64,000 nt of DNA, taken from positions 758 through 64,757 of the forward strand of contig JAUYDL010000041.1 of NCBI GenBank assembly GCA_030691865.1. The letters run 5' to 3'. This DNA comes from Candidatus Omnitrophota bacterium (GTDB lineage: Bacteria; Omnitrophota; Gorgyraeia; Gygaellales; Profunditerraquicolaceae). Numbering within the stretch: the stretch's first letter is position 1; each line of letters starts with the position of its first letter. The notes beneath the pieces were generated by a model. It was not told the origin of the DNA. It saw nothing but the letters and a program-made list of their open reading frames with translations, and did no database searches. The position numbers and the translations under genes are program-made. Of the stretch, positions 1 through 8,078 are shown in pieces.

Positions 1-589
1 TAGCCCCAAATATATCCCTATCTATCAACCCGTTACAGTACACAAAGTATCCGGTTGAAGATACATTAAAACCATTCATCCTAAATAACCATTGATATAT
101 CTCCATCTGCCTCTTATAGGAAATCTGCCAATCGGCATTTATGTTAACCTCTTCTTCCTTTGATGTGCTCTTGTAATCTACTATAAATAGCTGGCCATCT
201 GGTGAAACCCAAACATCATCTATCCCACCTGAAAATAAGAGATTGGTCGGCGTGTCTAGATATGCAATACCTCCATGTAGCGCATCTCTCCAAATATTCA
301 GCTTCTCATGCTTAAAAGGAACCGCCCTAATACCATTCTTTTCCATTAAAGGATGAGCTACCTGCTTTTCTCTATAGATATCAAATTCTTTCTTCAATAA
401 CTTGTCTACAGCGGAATTTAAGGTAAACGGATACCCGGGCGGCTGTCCTACGCCTAATCTTCTGTCCAAGTAAAAACAACGAGGACAATTCATGAATAGT
501 TCGATTTTAGAGCGGCTTAGTTTGAATGGAGCCTTGCTTTGCGGATCGAATAAGTTCTTAGTTTTCCTGCCAGTGTAGTATTTAGACAT
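1..589 (-). CDS. PD-(D/E)XK nuclease superfamily protein (RecB/Cas4-like), truncated by the window edge
   Basis: Not in the ORF track. Manual translation from ATG 589 (GAGG upstream): MSKYYTGRKTKNLFDPQSKAPFKLSRSKIELFMNCPRCFYLDRRLG...GGIDDVW...IVDYKST...YKRQMEIYQWL; has CPRCF, the D...DYK catalytic motif and QxxxY. Confidence 0.8.
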   Translation of the reverse strand, partial: MSKYYTGRKTKNLFDPQSKAPFKLSRSKIELFMNCPRCFYLDRRLGVGQPPGYPFTLNSAVDKLLKKEFDIYREKQVAHPLMEKNGIRAVPFKHEKLNIWRDALHGGIAYLDTPTNLLFSGGIDDVWVSPDGQLFIVDYKSTSKEEEVNINADWQISYKRQMEIYQWLFRMNGFNVSSTGYFVYCNGLIDRDIFGA

Positions 590-739
590 ATCCTCTTAAT
601 TTTGTGGACATCATACTTAATTCGAATTACGTAATGTGTCACCGGAATTTCCGAAAAGGTACACTTTCCAGCACAGCCGACAGACACTTTCCCGATTGGA
701 ACGGAAAGCGTCTGCTTATTTGTGCTTATTTGTAAAAAA

Positions 740-767
740 GGCAACTCTCAAAAATTGAGGGTTGCCT
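740..767. terminator. Hairpin, probable intrinsic terminator
   Basis: AGGCAACTCTCAA-AAA-TTGAGGGTTGCCT-type stem flanked by A and T runs. Confidence 0.5.
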
Positions 768-1042
768 TAATTTTTATTATATGAATTTCATTTACTGCCT
801 CTTTATATTAAATTTATTCTACACCCCTTCCTTACCATTGTAAATCATTTTTTAGTCACCTTGTTATATATATAACAAGAGGTAATCCCTATGAGGCGGC
901 CCAGAAATATGGCGCGTCAGAAAGCCTCTCTGTATAGAGGTAGGATGTAAATTTAAAACAATTGTATTGAACTATACCCCATAAAATCTATTTTAAAAAT
1001 TAGAAAAAGTACGCTGTCTAAATTATTTCGGAAGGTATCTGC

Positions 1043-1567
1043 TTATTTTTGTGGCAAGCCTAAAAAATCTAACGGTAATTCATAAAAGAAATAATAACAT
1101 CCAACAAAGTTAACATATTTTAAAACATCTTTGTATACATCTTTTTTAAACCAATCACTCAGAATATATACATATTTAACTGATATTCCTAGCGGGGCGA
1201 GTAGTTTATTATATTGCTTATTCTTGAAGTCACAAGTCTGAAGCTTTTCATCTACAGAACCCGCTACTTCTTGAAATTTAATTTCGATAATATAAAGTGT
1301 CTTGCCAGCTAAAATTAAGATTGCTTCATCGGGTAATAATTTTTTAGAAATTATTACCGAATAATCGATGTTATTTGGCTCAAGTAAATTTTTATATAAT
1401 TTATTTTTTCCATAAAACTCTGCGACTTTCCCCTTGTTAAAATAAACAATATCTTCTTCAACGCTATAACCGGGTAAGGATGCTAATAGGCTCTTCATCG
1501 CTACTCTAGACTCAAATCTTAATCCAGAATGAGCGGTTTTTGCTCCACCTTTACCACCCTTAATCAT
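1043..1567 (-). CDS. Small PD-(D/E)XK endonuclease, putative type II restriction enzyme
   Basis: LLPDE...IIEIKFQEVAGSVDEKL motif; last gene of the methyltransferase cassette. Confidence 0.7.
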   Translation of the reverse strand: MIKGGKGGAKTAHSGLRFESRVAMKSLLASLPGYSVEEDIVYFNKGKVAEFYGKNKLYKNLLEPNNIDYSVIISKKLLPDEAILILAGKTLYIIEIKFQEVAGSVDEKLQTCDFKNKQYNKLLAPLGISVKYVYILSDWFKKDVYKDVLKYVNFVGCYYFFYELPLDFLGLPQK

Positions 1568-2171
1568 TTTTTTCCAAAAAAGACTTCTTCAATTTTTCTT
1601 TAAGATCTAAGATTCCGTCTCCGGTTTTTACCCAATCATCATCTAACTTTTTCCAGCCTTCCCAAGACATAGCCCTCCCCTTATATTTAGGAGGAGGATA
1701 ATTACAATCCTCTTGCCCCCATATCCATTTATAAACCTTGAGAAGAACCTCCGGGCTCTCTCCACAAGGATTTATTATCTTAATCTTGCTAAGAATATCA
1801 TCCGGCTCTTCTCCATTATAGACCTTCTCTAATGCCTCAATCATTATAAGTGTTTCCTTAGGATTACATATAGCTTTATCTCTTAAATCGTTAGAAATAT
1901 TAGCGTGAGATATTAGCCAAAGAGATTCTTCGTTTGGATTATAAACCCACACCATAAAATCATCTCTTTTTATTGTACCAAAGCTAAATTTACCACCCGG
2001 CTTAGTAACAACTATTTTCCTCCCATCCGAGACTTGCTCCACTTCATATCCTCTGTACTTTATTTTTTCTAAAGCCTCTTGGAACTTATCTTTTGGTTGA
2101 TTTTTTATCTTTAAATCAGATAAATCAATTGAATGTTTATAAATATTAATTCTTGCTTTTTTCTTTGCCAT
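1560..2171 (-). CDS. Hypothetical protein in R-M cassette
   Basis: 203-aa ORF overlapping the nuclease start by 8 nt; motif-like KWIWGQEDCNYP..KGR. Confidence 0.7.
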   Translation of the reverse strand: MAKKKARINIYKHSIDLSDLKIKNQPKDKFQEALEKIKYRGYEVEQVSDGRKIVVTKPGGKFSFGTIKRDDFMVWVYNPNEESLWLISHANISNDLRDKAICNPKETLIMIEALEKVYNGEEPDDILSKIKIINPCGESPEVLLKVYKWIWGQEDCNYPPPKYKGRAMSWEGWKKLDDDWVKTGDGILDLKEKLKKSFLEKND

Positions 2172-2194
2172 ATTTAATGGTGTCGAATTCGTCT

Positions 2195-2248
2195 TTAAGA
2201 CTTTACTCTTTCATCAAAAATCTTCTTCCAAGATTTACTGTTTGCCAT
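2195..2248 (-). pseudogene. 17-codon fragment MANSKSWKKIFDERVKS, possible N-terminal relic of a displaced restriction enzyme
   Basis: ATG 10 nt after the upstream stop. The resemblance to N-termini of Dam-associated restriction enzymes is from memory only. Confidence 0.35.
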
Positions 2249-2258
2249 ATTTTATAAA

Positions 2259-2657
2259 TTAAATTATTACTAAAGCTTCTTTATCGTCTATTTTGTAATC
2301 GTACCCTAAAAAAATCTTTTCATCCTTATTTAGTAGAGTAGTGTCTAATAAAATATTTTCTGCTTTAAACGTTTTTTCTATTACTTTACCGCCAATTTCT
2401 TTGGCATATCGGGATGCAACTTCCTTCTTATAAGTCCAGCTTTCTAAGCCTATATAATTTTCTCCATTATATTTATTAATTCCTCGATACAGCTTAACTG
2501 ATTCTTTTTTCTTAAATTGAGATAAAAAATCAATTATCTTTTTGTCTGGATATTTGATGGGAGCTTCAAAAGCAGATTTATGAAAATACTCATCTGTCCA
2601 AGAAGAAACATAGGCTGGAATTTCCATTTTAGAGGACATGTTTTTAATGTTTCCCAT
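2259..2657 (-). CDS. Putative R-S-E class ADP-ribosyltransferase-fold protein
   Basis: KLYRG (R), ESWT (S), A..YA helix and terminal DDKEALVII (E) in canonical ART order. Confidence 0.6.
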   Translation of the reverse strand: MGNIKNMSSKMEIPAYVSSWTDEYFHKSAFEAPIKYPDKKIIDFLSQFKKKESVKLYRGINKYNGENYIGLESWTYKKEVASRYAKEIGGKVIEKTFKAENILLDTTLLNKDEKIFLGYDYKIDDKEALVII

Positions 2658-3522
2658 CTAATTCCTTAAGCCTCTTTATTGAAGTCTTCAGGTATTCCTC
2701 TTCCAACTCAACTCCTATAAACTGCCTCTTCTCTTTAACTGCCACAACGCCGGTGGTAGAGCTTCCAGCAAAAGGATCTAAAACTATATCCCCCTGTCTT
2801 GTTGAAGCCAACACAATTCTATCCAATAATTCTATTGGTTTTTGTGTAGGATGCTTACCATATATTTTCTCTGCAAAACCTGGGGCTTTAATCGACCAAA
2901 GACTAAGCATTTGTTTATTATTATTCATTTTTCTCATTAAGTCATAATCAAAATAATGCTTGCTGTATTTATTTTTCGCAGCCCAGAGAATAGTTTCGGT
3001 GGAATGCGTAAAATAGCGGCAGCTTAAATTTGGCGGAGGATTTACTTTAAACCAAGCAATGTCATTTAATATTTTATAACCTAAAGTTTGCATTGCCGAG
3101 CCTACGGTATAGATGATGTGTGACGTACCAGAGACCCAAATAGTTCCATTAGGTGTCAAAACCCTCTGACATTCCCTTAGCCATCTTTGCGTAAAAATGT
3201 AGTTTCCTTCTACTCCTTTAGACTCATCCCACTTACCTTTATTTACAGAAACCATTTTACCAGCATGACAGGTGAAACCACCATTAGATAAAAAATATGG
3301 CGGATCCGCAAAGATCATATCAATGGAGTTTTCAGGAAGATTGGGAAGAATGTCAAAACAATTCGCCTTAAATAAAGCAATATTGCGCTTCGTATCTTCA
3401 AAATACGGCTTTTGGGGGATATTTTTAAACAGATGAAGAATATTCTTCTTACGGATTACTTTTTCTTGAGTAATGGTAGGCATATAAGTGAGAAGCTGAA
3501 CTTTTACTGCTTGATTTTCCAT
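2644..3522 (-). CDS. Beta-class N6-adenine/N4-cytosine DNA methyltransferase, DpnA-like
   Basis: ADPPYFLSNGG...SVNKGKWD, HPTQKP and VLDPFAGSSTTG, with motif IV before motif I. Confidence 0.92.
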   Translation of the reverse strand: MENQAVKVQLLTYMPTITQEKVIRKKNILHLFKNIPQKPYFEDTKRNIALFKANCFDILPNLPENSIDMIFADPPYFLSNGGFTCHAGKMVSVNKGKWDESKGVEGNYIFTQRWLRECQRVLTPNGTIWVSGTSHIIYTVGSAMQTLGYKILNDIAWFKVNPPPNLSCRYFTHSTETILWAAKNKYSKHYFDYDLMRKMNNNKQMLSLWSIKAPGFAEKIYGKHPTQKPIELLDRIVLASTRQGDIVLDPFAGSSTTGVVAVKEKRQFIGVELEEEYLKTSIKRLKELDGKH

Positions 3523-3637
3523 ATTTTACCACCTCCTACTATAATTGACGTAGAGAGTTGGTAAAATCTAACATAAATTTTTTAATCTACCTCAGTCCCC
3601 TCCCACCTTTTATTCTGGGCAAACTTAAAATGTATAT

Positions 3638-3705
3638 CTAGCGGGTGGCGCGAGGATGCTTCGAGGCAAATTTGCCGAGAAGCGCCCCGCGACAGGACCC
3701 GCTAG
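3638..3705 (+). repeat. Long imperfect hairpin element, copy 1
   Basis: CTAGCGGGT...GGCAAATTTGCC...ACCCGCTAG; homologous to 47848-47914. Confidence 0.75.
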
Positions 3706-3709
3706 TTGT

Positions 3710-4177
3710 TTACTTCTTTTTCTTATCTTTACCCAGAATATCCTTTAACTCCACCAAGAATTGCCCCACATCTTTAAACTGTCGATATACTGAAGCAAAG
3801 CGCACATAGGCCACATCGTCAATTAATTTTAACCTCTCCATTACCAATTCGCCTATCCGGCTGGCCAAAACCTCCCGATCGCTTTTTTTCTGGATGGAGT
3901 GCTCAACCTGGGTGACCACATCCTCCATCTTCTCCACGCTCACCGGCCTCTTCTCACAAGCCCGGATAATCCCGGCTAGAACTTTTTTACGATCCCAAGT
4001 CTCCCGGCGCCCATCCTTCTTAATCACCAGCAAAGAAACCTCTTCCACGTATTCATAGGTAGTAAACCGCTTGCCGCACTTTAAACATTCTCTTCTGCGC
4101 CTGACGGCTGACTCTTCGGCTGTAGCGCGGGAATCCACCACTTTATCTTCTTTATACCCGCAAGACGGACATCTCAT
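3710..4177 (-). CDS. nrdR: Transcriptional repressor NrdR
   Basis: MRCPSC...VVDSR...RRRRECLKC, ATP cone, VAYVRFASVYR. Confidence 0.97.
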   Translation of the reverse strand: MRCPSCGYKEDKVVDSRATAEESAVRRRRECLKCGKRFTTYEYVEEVSLLVIKKDGRRETWDRKKVLAGIIRACEKRPVSVEKMEDVVTQVEHSIQKKSDREVLASRIGELVMERLKLIDDVAYVRFASVYRQFKDVGQFLVELKDILGKDKKKK

Positions 4178-4248
4178 CCCGCACCTTCTTTCTTATTTAA
4201 TTTATTAAACCACATGACTTTAATAGTTGAATATATAGAAGGTGCGGG
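4178..4248. repeat. 71-bp MITE-like element, copy 1
   Basis: Terminal IR CCCGCACCTTCT...AGAAGGTGCGGG; second copy at 58665-58735. Confidence 0.8.
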
Positions 4249-4250
4249 GC

Positions 4251-4712
4251 TCATATTTTCCTTATTTTAATTTTTGCCTGCTTTAAAAATTCCATGGCCA
4301 ACTTATCCGGATAACCTCGCGCAATGACAATCTCTTTTATCCCGGCATTAATCAGCATTTTAGCGCAAATCACACATGGCTGATTAGTAGCGTATAATGT
4401 GGCACCCTTAACGCTAATGCCGTGCAAAGATGACTGAATAAGCGCGTTCTGCTCGGCATGCAGGGCGCGGCATAATTCATGGCGCTCTCCCGAAGGGATT
4501 TTTAATTTTAGGCGAAGACAACCAATTTCCACGCAGTGTTTTAAACCGCTGGGAGCACCGTTGTAACCGGTAGCCAAAATTCTTTTCTCCCTGACTAAAA
4601 CTGCCCCCACGCTGCGGCGCAGACAGGTAGATCTCTTGGCAACTAACCCTGCCATCTCTAAAAAATATTCATCCCAGCTTGGACGCTTATCTGCAGGTAT
4701 TTTCTTTTTCAA
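4251..4712 (-). CDS. dCMP deaminase (ComEB-like)
   Basis: [24 protein letters not shown]. Confidence 0.92.
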   Translation of the reverse strand: MKKKIPADKRPSWDEYFLEMAGLVAKRSTCLRRSVGAVLVREKRILATGYNGAPSGLKHCVEIGCLRLKLKIPSGERHELCRALHAEQNALIQSSLHGISVKGATLYATNQPCVICAKMLINAGIKEIVIARGYPDKLAMEFLKQAKIKIRKI

Positions 4713-4714
4713 TT

Positions 4715-5962
4715 TTATTTTAATAGCTCCGTATATAATGGAAATTTCTTGGTTAGGACAATTACCTCTTTTTTAATCTGCGTTAATTTTTCCGGGCTAC
4801 CCGGATTTTCCAGCGCATCGTTAATTAGCCCGGCAATCTGGCGCATCTGGGGCTCTTTCATGTTACGGGTACTTACCGCCGCAGTTCCCAGGCGGATACC
4901 GCTGGTAACTGTCGGGCTCTTTAAATCAAAAGGAATAAGATTCTTATTCACCGTAATATTAACTTCACCCAGAATTTTTGAGGCATCGCTGCCTGTAACA
5001 TTCTTGGCATTTAAATCTACCAGTATTAAATGCGTATCCGTGCCTCCGGAAACAATGCGAAAACCTTTTTTCTCTAAGGCCCCGGCTAACTCTACGGCAT
5101 TTTTCATCAACTGCATCTGATACTGTTTAAACTCCTCAGTCATCGCCTCGCCAAAGGCTACGGCCTTAGCGGCAATCACATGCATCAATGCCCCGCCCTG
5201 AATTCCGGGAAAAATCTGGCTATCAATCTTTTTAGCAAACTCTTTTTTACACAAGATAAACCCGCCGCGCGGGCCGCGTAAAGTCTTATGGGTGGTGGAG
5301 CTGACAAACTCCGCATAAGGCACCGGCGATGGATGCAAACCGGCTGCCACTAGCCCCGCGATATGCGCCATATCCACAAATAGATATGCTCCCACAGTAT
5401 CAGCAATCTGGCGGAATTTTTTAAAATCAATCGTCCGGGGATATGCCGAAGCCCCGGCCAAAATCATCTTGGGCTTATGGATTTTGGCTAATTCCAGGAT
5501 AACCTCATAATCCAGGCTTTCAGTTTTTCTATCTACGCCATAACCAACCATTTTAAAAAATCTTCCGGAAAAATTATGCGGATGGCCGTGAGTGAGGTGG
5601 CCTCCTGCGGCTAGATCCATGGCCAAAACAGTATCTCCCGGATTAACCGCCGCAAAATATACCGCCATATTGGCCTGTGAACCGGAATGCGGCTGGACAT
5701 TGACATGCTCTGCGCCAAAGATGCTCTTGGCCCGCTGGATTGCCAGGCTCTCCACAATATCCACATATTCGCATCCGCCATACCAACGTTTACCAGGATA
5801 CCCTTCGGCATATTTATTCGTTAGCACTGAACCCTGCGCCTCTAAAACTGCCAAAGAAGCGAAATTCTCCGAGGCGATAAGCTCTAGATTATCATTCTGA
5901 CGCCTTAATTCTTTTTGAATCGCGGCAAAAATCTCCGGGTCTGTTTGTTTTAAATGTTTCAC
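4715..5962 (-). CDS. glyA: Serine hydroxymethyltransferase
   Basis: [28 protein letters not shown]; likely GTG start at 5962 behind AAGGAG. Confidence 0.97.
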   Translation of the reverse strand: MKHLKQTDPEIFAAIQKELRRQNDNLELIASENFASLAVLEAQGSVLTNKYAEGYPGKRWYGGCEYVDIVESLAIQRAKSIFGAEHVNVQPHSGSQANMAVYFAAVNPGDTVLAMDLAAGGHLTHGHPHNFSGRFFKMVGYGVDRKTESLDYEVILELAKIHKPKMILAGASAYPRTIDFKKFRQIADTVGAYLFVDMAHIAGLVAAGLHPSPVPYAEFVSSTTHKTLRGPRGGFILCKKEFAKKIDSQIFPGIQGGALMHVIAAKAVAFGEAMTEEFKQYQMQLMKNAVELAGALEKKGFRIVSGGTDTHLILVDLNAKNVTGSDASKILGEVNITVNKNLIPFDLKSPTVTSGIRLGTAAVSTRNMKEPQMRQIAGLINDALENPGSPEKLTQIKKEVIVLTKKFPLYTELLK

Positions 5963-5975
5963 TTTGCACAACTCC

Positions 5976-6021
5976 TTGTCTACCTAGACAACACCGACGC
6001 AATACCGCTTAGCGTCGGGTG
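5976..6021. repeat. 46-bp double-hairpin REP-like repeat
   Basis: TTGTCTA-CC-TAGACAA followed by CACCGACGC...GCGTCGGGTG; copies at 17405 and 25024, variant at 14845. Confidence 0.85.
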
Positions 6022-6467
6022 CCTATTTTTCTATCGATCTGATTAATTAATTTTATTCTCCTTAAATACCTGCCCCCTAAAAACTTGGTATTTAGCCAGG
6101 CCCAAACCATTCTTTTGGCTAAATCCGCTTTTACAAATCCTGAACCCAGAACCAAAACATTGCTGTCATTATGCTGACGGCTAAGTTTAGCTATTTTAAG
6201 ATTATCGCAAAGTGCGGCGCGCACTCCCGGCAATCTGTTGGCCACAATCGAATTCCCAACTCCGCTTTTACAGATAAGTATACCGCGCTTGGATTTGCCG
6301 CTTGAGATATTTTTAGCTAAATCATAAGCATGCACCGGATAATCGCAGCGCTCTAAAGAATAGGTGCCTAAATCTTTTACGCTGATTGCCTTCTTTTGAA
6401 GATAGGCCTTTAATTTTTCTTTTAAAGTAAATCCGGCATGATCTGAGGCAATCAATAACTTGGTCAT
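6009..6467 (-). CDS. rpiB: Ribose-5-phosphate isomerase B
   Basis: ASDHAG, DYP, GILICKSGVG, RQHNDSNVL. Confidence 0.93.
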   Translation of the reverse strand: MTKLLIASDHAGFTLKEKLKAYLQKKAISVKDLGTYSLERCDYPVHAYDLAKNISSGKSKRGILICKSGVGNSIVANRLPGVRAALCDNLKIAKLSRQHNDSNVLVLGSGFVKADLAKRMVWAWLNTKFLGGRYLRRIKLINQIDRKIGTRR

Positions 6468-7582
6468 AATATTTTACTTATCCTTTCTACGGCATCCTTA
6501 ATCGTTAAAAAAGTATCCCGGTAAAACTCCGGAGAGCCCCCGATAGGATCAGAGATATTCAAATTACTATCGTTTATTCTTGCCCCGTTAGAAACTTTTT
6601 CACTATTATTTATTATACCATTGTTTCTAATAAGGTTGACAAATTCCTTTAATAAAAAAAGCCTATTTTTTGCCTCCGGAGCAAGCTGCAGGATTTTATC
6701 CTCATGCACATCCTCCATCATCAAAATAATATCTGACTGATCCACTAATTCCCGGGTTACTCTTTGCGCGCGGTGCGCTGCCACATCAATACCCTCTTTG
6801 GCCAAGACCGCCAGCGTTCCCTCACTGGCACCCATGCCTGCCAGGGCCATTACTCCGGCGGAGGAGACCTGAATATCCGTTCTTTGTGTTTTAAGCAAAA
6901 GTTTCTTTAAATACGCCTCCGCCATGACCGAGCGGCAGGAGTTTCCCGCGCAAACAAAAAGCACGGTCTTGGATTTTATTACCGCCATGATCTCTTCATC
7001 CTTAATTGCCCCGCTCCTGGTTATCTGCGGCGGTTCAACGCTCAGGTCAACCACGGTAGATTCCAAGCCAACTTTAGTCAAGCCGGCATCAATGGCTAAA
7101 TCCACCAGGCCATCCATATCTTTAATCGCTTGCTCAAAATTAGCCGGCGCCGGCTTATCTGAAATATTCGCAGAAGGACAAGCCAGGGGAACTCCTGACT
7201 GAGTGGTAATCGCTAAAGCAATTAGATTATCCGGCATACGTAAACCCACTTTGCCCTGGCTGGCGGATTTTAATATCACGGTCAACGGGCCCGGCCAGAA
7301 TTTATGCATCAATTTATAAGCGGCTACAGGAACCTCAACCGCCAACTCCTGCACTTTATGTTCCTGCGCTATCAGAATAGCAAAAGGCTTATCCTTAGGC
7401 CGATTTTTTATCTTATAAAGTCTCTGTAGCGCCTTTTCATTCAGGGCATTAGCCGCAATCCCGTAAACCGTCTCGGTAGGAATAATTACCAATCCGCCGT
7501 CAATTAAGACTTTGGCTGCCTGCCGGATAGATTCCTCCCGGGGAGACGAAGGATTGACTTTAATAATCTTTGTTAAACTCAT
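6464..7582 (-). CDS. Threonylcarbamoyl-AMP synthase (Sua5/TsaC) fused to a low-molecular-weight protein phosphatase
   Basis: N-terminal PTETVYG, KNRP..KP, PSAN; C-terminal VLFVCAGNSCRS and DPIG. Confidence 0.9.
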   Translation of the reverse strand: MSLTKIIKVNPSSPREESIRQAAKVLIDGGLVIIPTETVYGIAANALNEKALQRLYKIKNRPKDKPFAILIAQEHKVQELAVEVPVAAYKLMHKFWPGPLTVILKSASQGKVGLRMPDNLIALAITTQSGVPLACPSANISDKPAPANFEQAIKDMDGLVDLAIDAGLTKVGLESTVVDLSVEPPQITRSGAIKDEEIMAVIKSKTVLFVCAGNSCRSVMAEAYLKKLLLKTQRTDIQVSSAGVMALAGMGASEGTLAVLAKEGIDVAAHRAQRVTRELVDQSDIILMMEDVHEDKILQLAPEAKNRLFLLKEFVNLIRNNGIINNSEKVSNGARINDSNLNISDPIGGSPEFYRDTFLTIKDAVERISKIL

Positions 7583-8061
7583 AACTTAATTTTAGTCTGT
7601 TTAATTTTAAGGCGCATCTTTTTTTTATAATTAATCAGCTTGGCGCTGATTTTAGTATCATTAATACCAAGTATAGCCAAAGCAAAAAGCGCGGCATTCT
7701 TTGCCCCCGCCTTACCAATAGACATGCAAGCCACGGGAATCCCCGGAGGCATCTGCACTGTCGATAAAAGAGAATCCAGGCCTTTTAAGTTTTTAGTTTC
7801 AATCGGTATCCCGATCACCGGTAAAGTGGTATGCGCAGCCACTACACCAGCCAAAGCCGCGGACATTCCGGCGGCGGCAATAAAAACCTTTGTCCCTCTC
7901 TTCGGTGCTGTTTCCACATATTGGGCTACTTCATGCGGAGTCCGGTGCGCGGATAAAATCTTCAAATCAAAATCCACTTTAAATTCTTTTAAGATATTGA
8001 TCGCTTCGGCTACTGTTTCTAAATCTGACTGGCTTCCCATAAGAATGCTTATTTCTTTCAT
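7579..8061 (-). CDS. purE: N5-CAIR mutase
   Basis: MGSQSD, SAHRTP, SLLSTVQMPPGIPV. Confidence 0.96.
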   Translation of the reverse strand: MKEISILMGSQSDLETVAEAINILKEFKVDFDLKILSAHRTPHEVAQYVETAPKRGTKVFIAAAGMSAALAGVVAAHTTLPVIGIPIETKNLKGLDSLLSTVQMPPGIPVACMSIGKAGAKNAALFALAILGINDTKISAKLINYKKKMRLKIKQTKIKL

Positions 8062-8078
8062 AAAAACCTCCTTAAAAT

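Noticed and set aside
1-589. Cas4 / CRISPR locus
   Set aside because: No repeat-spacer array or other cas genes in the window; only a generic PD-(D/E)XK call is supported
517-744. 75-aa minus-strand ORF in the track
   Set aside because: It overlaps the better-supported nuclease gene in another frame and runs through hairpins
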